In this document: positions 56,575 to 64,000 of the stretch, in pieces
Numbering within the stretch: position 1 is the first letter of the stretch
Layout of the letters: each line of letters begins with the position of its first letter
Source of the DNA: a bacterium
GTDB lineage: Bacteria > Patescibacteriota > Patescibacteriia > UBA1558 > S5-K13
DNA length: 64,000 bases
Direction of reading: 5' to 3'
NCBI GenBank assembly: GCA_029555085.1
Contig: JAKPTO010000014.1
Coordinates: forward strand, 567 to 64,566
Position numbers and translations under genes: made by a program
Notes under the pieces: generated by a model
Told to the model about the DNA's origin: nothing
What the model saw: the letters and a program-made list of their open reading frames with translations, nothing else
Database searches by the model: none

Positions 56575-58353
56575 TTATTCTAAAATCGCTTTTATTCTTC
56601 TTACGCCACTTGAAGCGGATTCTTCTTTTATAATTTTAAAATGTCCCAGTTCAGAAGTATTTTGTACATGTGGTCCACCACAAATTTCTTTGCTAAAATC
56701 TCCAATTGTATAAACATTTACTTGGTCTCCATATTTATTCCCAAAAAGTCCTATTGCCCCACATTTTTTTGCCTCATCAAGTGGTTTCAATTCGCACAAT
56801 ACTGGAATTGATTCTTTTATTTTTTTATTTACTAAATCTTCAATTATTTGTAATTGCTCCGGTGTTAACTTGTCAGGATGCGAAAAATCAAAACGCATTC
56901 TTTCTGTTGTTAAATTTGAACCGCGTTGCTCTACATGATTTCCTAATGTTTCTCGAAGTGCTTGATGTAGTAAATGAGTTGCTGTGTGATATTTGGTTAC
57001 AATTTCACTGTGATCCGCAAGTCCACCTTTGAACATTCCACAAGAAGCAGTTCTTGATAATTCTTTGTGTTTTCCAAATTCAGCATTGAATTCATCCATA
57101 TCAAAAGTTAATCCCCTTTCGTTTATCAAATCAATTGTCATTTCAACTGGAAATCCGTAAGTTGAATAAAGTTTAAAAGCATCAGAACCATTAACAGTAT
57201 TTAATTTATTAAACTCTTTTAATCCATTTTCAAGTGTTTTGGAAAATTTTTTTTCTTCTTCAATTAATTGATTTATTATAAAATTTTTATTTCTCTTGAG
57301 TTCTCCATAAAACTCATCCATAAGTTCAATTATGACTTCAGCAATTTTAAAAGTGAAAACATCTTTTATTCCAATTAATTTAGCATGACGAATCGCGTTT
57401 CTAATTAGTCGTCTTACGACATATCCTTGATTTAAATTTGATGGACAAATTCCCAAATCATCGCCCATTATAAATACAGCGCTTCTTATGTGGTCAGAAA
57501 TTATTCTAATTGATTTTAATTGCTTAAGATCGGGATTTTCAATGTTTGACAATTTTTTAATTTCATTAACGATTGGAACAAATAAATCTGTGTCATAAAC
57601 ATTATCTAAGTTGTTTAATATACAAGTTGCGCGTTCTAGTCCAAACCCAGTATCAATTTGTGGTTTGTCTAACAACTTATAAGTTCCATCTAAATTTTTG
57701 TAATAAAACATGAAAACATCATTCCAAATTTCTATATATTTTCCGCAATTACATCCTGGTTGGCAATTATCGCTACATTTTTCTAATCCAATATCGATAA
57801 ACATTTCCGTATCAGGCCCACATGGTCCACTTGCGCCAACTGGTCCCCAGAAATTATCCTTTTTTCCAAGTGGAAAAATTCTTTGATTTTCTTGCGCCTC
57901 TATTCCAATTGATTTAAAACATTCTTGCCAAATTTTTATTGATTCAGTATCTTTTTCAACATCTTTATCACCTTCAAAAACTGTTATGTATAATTTATTC
58001 GGATCTATTCCAAGCCATTTTTTGTTTGTTAAAAATTCAAAACTATATTCAATGGCTTCTTTTTTGCCATAAAATCCAAGTGGCCAATTTCCGAGCATTT
58101 CAAAAAATGTTAAGTGACTTGAGTCGCCAACTTCTCCAATGTCTCCAGTTCTTACGCATTTTTGACAATTTACAATTGCGCTATTTGCTGGGTGAGGTTC
58201 TCCCATAAGAAACGGAATTAAAGGTTGCATTCCGGCAGTATTAAATAAAGTAGTAGAGTCATTTTCTGGAATTAAAGAAGCGCTTGGTAGTTCCACATGT
58301 CCCCTTTCTTTAAAAAATTCTATATATTTTTTTCTAATTTCAGATGATAACAT
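56575..58353 (-). CDS. alaS: alanine--tRNA ligase, short form (catalytic + tRNA-binding + editing domains, no C-Ala domain)
   Basis: 592 aa; N-terminal LFNTAGMQP AlaRS motif; HTATHLLHQAL and C-terminal GGPHVQNTSELGHFKII...RRIKAI editing-domain motifs; ends there. Confidence 0.8.
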   Translation of the reverse strand: MLSSEIRKKYIEFFKERGHVELPSASLIPENDSTTLFNTAGMQPLIPFLMGEPHPANSAIVNCQKCVRTGDIGEVGDSSHLTFFEMLGNWPLGFYGKKEAIEYSFEFLTNKKWLGIDPNKLYITVFEGDKDVEKDTESIKIWQECFKSIGIEAQENQRIFPLGKKDNFWGPVGASGPCGPDTEMFIDIGLEKCSDNCQPGCNCGKYIEIWNDVFMFYYKNLDGTYKLLDKPQIDTGFGLERATCILNNLDNVYDTDLFVPIVNEIKKLSNIENPDLKQLKSIRIISDHIRSAVFIMGDDLGICPSNLNQGYVVRRLIRNAIRHAKLIGIKDVFTFKIAEVIIELMDEFYGELKRNKNFIINQLIEEEKKFSKTLENGLKEFNKLNTVNGSDAFKLYSTYGFPVEMTIDLINERGLTFDMDEFNAEFGKHKELSRTASCGMFKGGLADHSEIVTKYHTATHLLHQALRETLGNHVEQRGSNLTTERMRFDFSHPDKLTPEQLQIIEDLVNKKIKESIPVLCELKPLDEAKKCGAIGLFGNKYGDQVNVYTIGDFSKEICGGPHVQNTSELGHFKIIKEESASSGVRRIKAILE

Positions 58354-58619
58354 AAGTTTTATGCTATACCAATAATTCCCATAATTCTAATTAGTGATTC
58401 TAATTTTGTTTCGGTAATTAAATAAAATAATTTTGGATAAATTAAATCACTTTTTATTAATTATTTATATTATTTTTATAATTCGCATGTACATATAAGA
58501 ATTGCACTATTAATATTTTATATTTTATAGAATAAAAAGTAAAGAAAAATCCCTTAAAAAAGTAACGGAAAAAGAAGAACCCCCTTGAAGCTATTGCTAT
58601 AAGAGGGTTGTGGTAAGGA

Positions 58620-58949
58620 TTATTTCAGTAGTATTATTTTACGAGTGGGAGTGTATTTCCCACACGTAAGTTTGAACAGGTAGATTCCATTGGAAACCCT
58701 GTTTTTGTTTTTGTCAGTCCAATTCCATATTATTTTGTGATTTCCAGGGCTCATTTTTCCATTTACAAGAGTTACAATGTGTTGACCTTTTATGTTGTAA
58801 ACAGAAATATTAACAAATGCAGTTTCTTGTAAAGAAAAAGAGAGTTTTGTTTGGGAATTGGAATTGGAACTGGAAATAGTCAGAATGCCTTGACCATACG
58901 AAAAAGTAATGATCAAGACAAGTGTTGTAACTATTACTAGCTTTTTCAT
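58620..58949 (-). CDS. signal peptide + T9SS (Por) type C-terminal sorting domain only
   Basis: 109 aa; ...VYNIKGQHIVTLVNGKMSPGNHKIIWNWTDKNKNRVSNGIYLFKLTCGKYTPTRKIILLK; GC-rich relative to genome. Confidence 0.55.
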   Translation of the reverse strand: MKKLVIVTTLVLIITFSYGQGILTISSSNSNSQTKLSFSLQETAFVNISVYNIKGQHIVTLVNGKMSPGNHKIIWNWTDKNKNRVSNGIYLFKLTCGKYTPTRKIILLK

Positions 58950-59113
58950 ATGATCCTCCTTTGCTATAATTAATTATTCCATTTAATTACACTTTTGTCA
59001 ATAATTTAAATAAAAAAAGAGCTCCCTTTTGGCTTATGCCTCGAGGGAGCTTTGGAGGAATCGCTTAGTCCGCCCTTTAGGTGTGACTAGATTAGGCGGA
59101 CTTCAGCAGGAAA

Positions 59114-60994
59114 TTATTTTACTAGCATCACTTTTTTGATGGCAGAGTATTTTCCACTCACCATTTTGAAAAAGTAAATGCCAGTGGCAACGGAATGACC
59201 ATTTTGGTCTATTCCATTCCAGCTTATATTGTGTTCGCCGGAAGATTTGGTTTCGTTAATTAGGGTTTTAATCAACTGTCCCTTGATGTTGTAAACACCA
59301 ATCTCCACATTGCCAGATTTTGGCAGGTTATAAGAGACTGATGTTTGAGTTTTGAAGGGGTTTGGATATGCGTTGCCTAGAGTTGGAGTGATGGCGGGAG
59401 TTATTGAGTCATCATTGTCAACATATTGAGCCAAGCTTCTCGCCTGAACATCAATATGACTCAGACCTTCTGGGATTTGGATTTGTATCCCTTCGCCGGA
59501 ACGATTCATCTGAATTTTTTCAGGTTCAATGGAATGCCTTCGATCACTTGACCAACAGAGGTTTTCTGCTCCGTTCATGAAAATTACAGTGTTCCAGTCT
59601 TCACCATTTGGTAATTTGCCAAAAACACCAATACAATTTCCGCTGGTGTTAACTGTAATTGTATTTCCGGTTTGATTGAATGTCACTTCAGTGATGTTTG
59701 GCCAGGTTCCGTCATACGGTTGACCAATGCCAAGTCCTTGGACAATTGGTTCGTCTGGATGGTTCAAGTATACATTTCCCAGCCATTGATCGAACATGTT
59801 GGGGTAAAAGAAAAGTACTGATGATCGAGATATATTTGGAGCGGAATTATTGTTAAAATTCGTCCCATATAGATTTATATTACCAACATTATATTGTTGG
59901 CACATATCAAGATCATCTTGACTAAAAATACCATCACCACTCACATCTAATTTTATGGCTTGGTATGGGTGATATACACGCTCATATTGAGCACATTTTG
60001 TTATCATTCCAAATAGAGGATTAAAATTCCCTGTTTCAATTGAGGTGTATTCACTTTGGATCTGGTCGGGATCCAGATAAGTGAGGTTAGTTTTAATCAG
60101 TGTTTCGTACAGAAAAACGTCATTTACTCCAATTACATTAGGAGATGTCCATGACATTTGAAATGTACTGTATTCTGGATGCCACGCGTAAGCTAGACCA
60201 GGTAAATAATCAGTAACAAAAAAGTTACCATCTCCTGGATTGATTAGTCCGGGCGCGCCTCCAAAAATAGTTCTGGAATCCATAGTAACAATAGAGTTTG
60301 GAAGTGAATTCGGTAGCGAATTCACACTTAAATAACTCCAGAAACTCTGTCCGGGATAAACCCAGAAGTGATCTTGGTAGTAATTTTGATGAATTTCTAC
60401 TGGATTTACTAATGGAGCCATGGATAGTCTGTGCATTGGTTCCCACTTATTGATAATGTGAAATATATTATCCTGATACGGGCCAATCATATTCGCAAAG
60501 TGGGTTTCTCCAGAATTTTGTCCAGTTATCTGGAAATTTTCAGAACTACACAATCCAAGAGAGAATTTTGCCCCACCATTGGAATTGTCCCAAATATTAC
60601 CCATCACCACAAATGTCTTACTGGTATTTGGTTGAATAATGGTTCCAATATTCTGAAATTTTAAATCCATTATTGAATTATTGCTAGGATTCCATTGTCC
60701 ATCGTTGGTAACCATATAAAACTGAATGTTTGGTTCTGGAGCCGGGAGATTTAGATTCCAGCAAGAAAAATTCACGCATTGCAGAATAATCGGTTCTGTT
60801 TCACCGTTTTCTACGGTGAAGGTTATAAATACCTGATCCTCTGCATTGGTCAAAACAGTGATTGTGTCTTGAGGTGCGCCATTAACCATATTGGTTAAGT
60901 ACACATTCACTGTCGAATTCAGGGAAACCACGACCATCATCATAATGACAGCCAAAATAATTAGATTTTTTTTCATTGTTACCTCCAGTAACAT
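59114..60994 (-). CDS. secreted hypothetical protein with T9SS (Por) type C-terminal sorting domain
   Basis: 626 aa; signal peptide; C-terminus ...YPNPFKTQTSVSYNLPKSGNVEIGVYNIKGQLIKTL...GIYFFKMVSGKYSAIKKVMLVK; ~40% GC. Confidence 0.6.
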   Translation of the reverse strand: MLLEVTMKKNLIILAVIMMMVVVSLNSTVNVYLTNMVNGAPQDTITVLTNAEDQVFITFTVENGETEPIILQCVNFSCWNLNLPAPEPNIQFYMVTNDGQWNPSNNSIMDLKFQNIGTIIQPNTSKTFVVMGNIWDNSNGGAKFSLGLCSSENFQITGQNSGETHFANMIGPYQDNIFHIINKWEPMHRLSMAPLVNPVEIHQNYYQDHFWVYPGQSFWSYLSVNSLPNSLPNSIVTMDSRTIFGGAPGLINPGDGNFFVTDYLPGLAYAWHPEYSTFQMSWTSPNVIGVNDVFLYETLIKTNLTYLDPDQIQSEYTSIETGNFNPLFGMITKCAQYERVYHPYQAIKLDVSGDGIFSQDDLDMCQQYNVGNINLYGTNFNNNSAPNISRSSVLFFYPNMFDQWLGNVYLNHPDEPIVQGLGIGQPYDGTWPNITEVTFNQTGNTITVNTSGNCIGVFGKLPNGEDWNTVIFMNGAENLCWSSDRRHSIEPEKIQMNRSGEGIQIQIPEGLSHIDVQARSLAQYVDNDDSITPAITPTLGNAYPNPFKTQTSVSYNLPKSGNVEIGVYNIKGQLIKTLINETKSSGEHNISWNGIDQNGHSVATGIYFFKMVSGKYSAIKKVMLVK

Positions 60995-61088
60995 TTTTTG
61001 GTTTTATTTGTAAAAGAACAATAGCAAATAATAGCACAATTTATAAAAAAGTCAATACCACGATTAGGTTTATTTTAAGCCAAAATAC

Positions 61089-62006
61089 TTATTTATTTCT
61101 TCTAAAAATAATCAAAAAAATAATTATAGAAAGTATCATAATTCCCATTAGCACGCCAAAAATCCAAGGTTTATCAGCATATGGAAGATGAACATTCATT
61201 CCATAAAAACTTGAAATCATAGTTGGAAGAGTTAAAACAACGGTTATTGTGGTTAGAATTTTCATTGTTTTGTTTAATTTATTCGTAGTAATAACTTCGT
61301 ATGATTTTCTAATATTAACTAAGTTTGATAGACCACTTTTTGCTCGCTCTATTAATTGTTCGTTTAAAAGTTTTATATCATCAATCAATTCTTTGTCATC
61401 TTCATAAAGTTCAATTATTTTTCCCTGTCTCATTGTCTCTAAAATATGACGAAATGGAATTAATGCATTTAAGAATTCATTTAACAAAATTTCAAAGTTT
61501 AAAAAACTATAAACATCTTTATCTTTTAATTTTTCAATATTAAAACTAAAATAATTTATTTTTTTATGAATTGTTGTTAAGAGATTATTATACAAATATT
61601 CAGTTTGATTAATTATTTCTAAAAGTAATTTTGTTCTTTGCGTTGTGAAACATTCGTTTTTCTTTAGTAAATTTTTTATAAAAAGTGGTTCTTCTTGAGA
61701 AACAGAAAGTAAAAAATCCTGACCCATAACTAAAAGTATTGGATTTGTAAATATTTGATCTGTTGATTTTTTTTGTTTTGGAAATCTTGCAAAAATATAA
61801 ATTAACCCCTTTTTTATTTCCATACGAGGAGCTTCATATGGATCCAAAGCATCATTTAAAAGTCCATAATCTAAAGAAAATTTTGATGATAAGAGTTTTA
61901 ATTCCTCTTCTTGCAAATCAAATGCTATAATCGCACTACCAACTCTAAAATCTTTCAATTTTCTAAGTTTCGAACTTTTTAACATTTTTTGGTAGTAATT
62001 TATCAT
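61089..62006 (-). CDS. corA: CorA-family magnesium/cobalt transporter
   Basis: 305 aa; C-terminal two TM with YGMNV (GMN) motif. Confidence 0.8.
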   Translation of the reverse strand: MINYYQKMLKSSKLRKLKDFRVGSAIIAFDLQEEELKLLSSKFSLDYGLLNDALDPYEAPRMEIKKGLIYIFARFPKQKKSTDQIFTNPILLVMGQDFLLSVSQEEPLFIKNLLKKNECFTTQRTKLLLEIINQTEYLYNNLLTTIHKKINYFSFNIEKLKDKDVYSFLNFEILLNEFLNALIPFRHILETMRQGKIIELYEDDKELIDDIKLLNEQLIERAKSGLSNLVNIRKSYEVITTNKLNKTMKILTTITVVLTLPTMISSFYGMNVHLPYADKPWIFGVLMGIMILSIIIFLIIFRRNK

Positions 62007-62016
62007 AGTTTTAATT

Positions 62017-63081
62017 TTAAATTATAATGCCTCCGCCAAGACATTCATCTTTTTTATAGAACACCGCAGATTGTCCAGATGTAATGGCGCGTTGTTTTTC
62101 TTTAAAAATAGCTCTTATATTATTTTTGTGTTTTATAAGTTCACATTGTTGATCAATTTGCCTGTATCTAGTTTTAATATTACATTTTAATGGTAATTTT
62201 GCTTCCTTATGTGTCCATGATAAATCTGTAACTTCACATGATTCATAAAACAATTCTTCACTCCAAGAACCACGAGCTACAATTAACTGATTTTTTTCAA
62301 TATTTTTACTTACAACAAAATATGGTATTCCTCCACCAACGCCAATTCCTTTTCGTTGACCTATTGTATAATAGTAAACACCATCGTGTGTTCCTATTTT
62401 TTTCCCATCCGTTGTAATTATATCACCTTTCTTGGGTTTGATTTGAGTTTTTAAAAATTCAGAGATATTTACTTCCCCAATAAAACAAATTCCTTGTGAA
62501 TCTGGCTTTTCCGCTGTTGGCAATTTAGCGCGTTTAGCAATTTGTCTTATTTCTGATTTATTATATTCACCGATCGGGAAAATAATTTTTGATAATTGTT
62601 TTTGATTTAAAGTATATAGAAAATAACTTTGATCTTTGTTTGAATCTTTTCCTTTTAACAAATGATAAATATTTTTTTCATCTTTTTTTATTCTTGCATA
62701 ATGTCCAGTTGATATAAAATCAGCACCAATACGAGTAACTTTATCTAAAAATAATTTGAATTTTATTTCTTTATTGCACATTATATCTGGATTTGGTGTA
62801 ATTCCTTTTTTATATCCATCAAATAAATAATCAACAACTTTTTCTTTGTATTCTTTTTCAAAGTTGAGTGTGTAAATAGGAATTTTTAAATGATCCGCTG
62901 TTCTAAGTGCATATTCATGATCTTCTTTCCATGGGCATTTGAATTTTCCAATGTCTGTTGACCAATTTTTCATATAATAAGCAACTACATTATATCCTTG
63001 CTCTTTTAATAAAAAAGCAGCGACAGATGAATCAACTCCGCCGCTTAAGCCAATAGCGACATTTATTTTTTTGCTTAACAT
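62017..63081 (-). CDS. mnmA: tRNA-specific 2-thiouridylase
   Basis: VAIGLSGGVDSSVAAFLLKEQGYNVVAYYMKNW PP-loop. Confidence 0.85.
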   Translation of the reverse strand: MLSKKINVAIGLSGGVDSSVAAFLLKEQGYNVVAYYMKNWSTDIGKFKCPWKEDHEYALRTADHLKIPIYTLNFEKEYKEKVVDYLFDGYKKGITPNPDIMCNKEIKFKLFLDKVTRIGADFISTGHYARIKKDEKNIYHLLKGKDSNKDQSYFLYTLNQKQLSKIIFPIGEYNKSEIRQIAKRAKLPTAEKPDSQGICFIGEVNISEFLKTQIKPKKGDIITTDGKKIGTHDGVYYYTIGQRKGIGVGGGIPYFVVSKNIEKNQLIVARGSWSEELFYESCEVTDLSWTHKEAKLPLKCNIKTRYRQIDQQCELIKHKNNIRAIFKEKQRAITSGQSAVFYKKDECLGGGIII

Positions 63082-63084
63082 TAA

Positions 63085-64000
63085 TTATTCAATTTTAAAA
63101 ATTTCTAATCCATTTTTGATTGCATTTAACGCAAGATTCATTCTTTCGTTACTCTGAGCATATAGTGTAAACAACCTCTCACCTTTTTTGACTCTATTTC
63201 CAAATTCTTTATTTAAATAAATTCCAGCTAGTTTGTCATTTGGTGCTCCAAGTGTACGACAAACATCATTTATTGCTTTTTGGTTAACGAGAAATATTTT
63301 TCCATTTCTTTTTGCAGTAATATAATTTTTTACAGCGCCAATTGTAATATCCTCTGAATCAATATTTGCTTTTCCGCCTTGTGCTTTTATAATTTCTTGC
63401 ATTTTTTTCCAAGCCTCGCCACTTTGTAATTGTTTCCATGCTAAACCTTCCCCCTGTCCTTTTTTAGCTTTTTTACAAAGCTCCAACACATGAGCAGACA
63501 TTCTAATTCCTTCACTTTCTAAATCTCCCGGTCTATTTTCTTTTTGTTGTAGTACTCGAAGTACATCACGAGCCTCAAGAGCAGGACCGATTCCTTTTCC
63601 TATTGGATCTCTAACTGGTAATATCACAACATCAATTTTTACCTTAAATTTTTTTGCCAAATATTCAAATTTTTCTTTTATAATTTTTGCATCAGCCAAT
63701 GTTGGAATTTTTGTTGTTTCGCCAACCGGTAAATCAATTACAATATGTGTTGCAGATACTGCAATTTTTTTAGCCATGATTGATATAATGGCTTTATCAT
63801 AACTTTCTAAAGACATTGGGTAATTAATTTTTATAATTCTGTCATCCGCTGGCGCTAAATCAAGTCCACCACCCCACACAAGACACGCATTTGTTTTTTC
63901 TACTATTTGTTTTAATTTTTTCACATCATGATCTACGGGACACAATACCTCCATAGTATCAGCAGTTCCAGCAACTGAAGTAATTGCACGAGAAGATGTT
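63085..64000 (-). CDS. thymidine/AMP phosphorylase family protein, C-terminal part (N-terminus beyond window)
   Basis: frame open to window end: ...SSRAITSVAGTADTMEVL..., KAQGG and C-terminal PYNP_C-like domain (LGAPNDKLAGIYLNKEFGNRVKKGERLFTLYA). Confidence 0.65.
   Translation of the reverse strand, partial: TSSRAITSVAGTADTMEVLCPVDHDVKKLKQIVEKTNACLVWGGGLDLAPADDRIIKINYPMSLESYDKAIISIMAKKIAVSATHIVIDLPVGETTKIPTLADAKIIKEKFEYLAKKFKVKIDVVILPVRDPIGKGIGPALEARDVLRVLQQKENRPGDLESEGIRMSAHVLELCKKAKKGQGEGLAWKQLQSGEAWKKMQEIIKAQGGKANIDSEDITIGAVKNYITAKRNGKIFLVNQKAINDVCRTLGAPNDKLAGIYLNKEFGNRVKKGERLFTLYAQSNERMNLALNAIKNGLEIFKIE

Overview
The window is a low-GC (~27-30%), gene-dense bacterial segment, almost entirely minus-strand coded with very short intergenic gaps. 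Several hallmarks suggest a Candidate Phyla Radiation (Patescibacteria)-like genome: an RpoA with no alpha-CTD, a short AlaRS without the C-Ala domain, an AMP/thymidine phosphorylase homolog, and a trimeric [FeFe]-hydrogenase. Content from 5' to 3': hydC-hydB-hydA(partial); a GC-rich orphan ORF; DedA; a GAF/hybrid histidine kinase; an AdoMetDC-like gene; and a GNAT-like gene. A ~11 kb GC-richer island (8.5-19.4 kb) then abuts tRNA-Ser/tRNA-Gln and is subdivided by duplicated promoter/terminator modules. The island holds (i) a 1695-aa fusion protein (PvcA/Dit1 isonitrile-synthase-like + APH-like kinase + kinase-like domain lacking HRD + HAD + GNAT) and (ii) a Type III R-M mod-res pair followed by a radical-SAM gene with a SPASM-like Cys-rich C-terminus, with a G8 tract inside mod. 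Downstream are rplI, ctpA, murA, and a split dTDP-rhamnose pathway (rmlA, rmlD, a NADAR-RmlB fusion, HIT, rmlC). A large envelope glycosylation locus follows (GT2, GT4, GT-C, GtrA, DUF2304, flippase, epimerases, metK, S8 protease). Then come the tail of the ribosomal-protein supercluster (rpsI, rplM, rplQ, rpoA, rpsD, rpsK, rpsM, rpmJ, infA), an HtrA-like protease with C-terminal tandem repeats, alaS, two GC-rich genes with T9SS-type C-terminal sorting domains, corA, mnmA and a partial AMP/thymidine phosphorylase. No CRISPR array, transposase or integrase was recognised.
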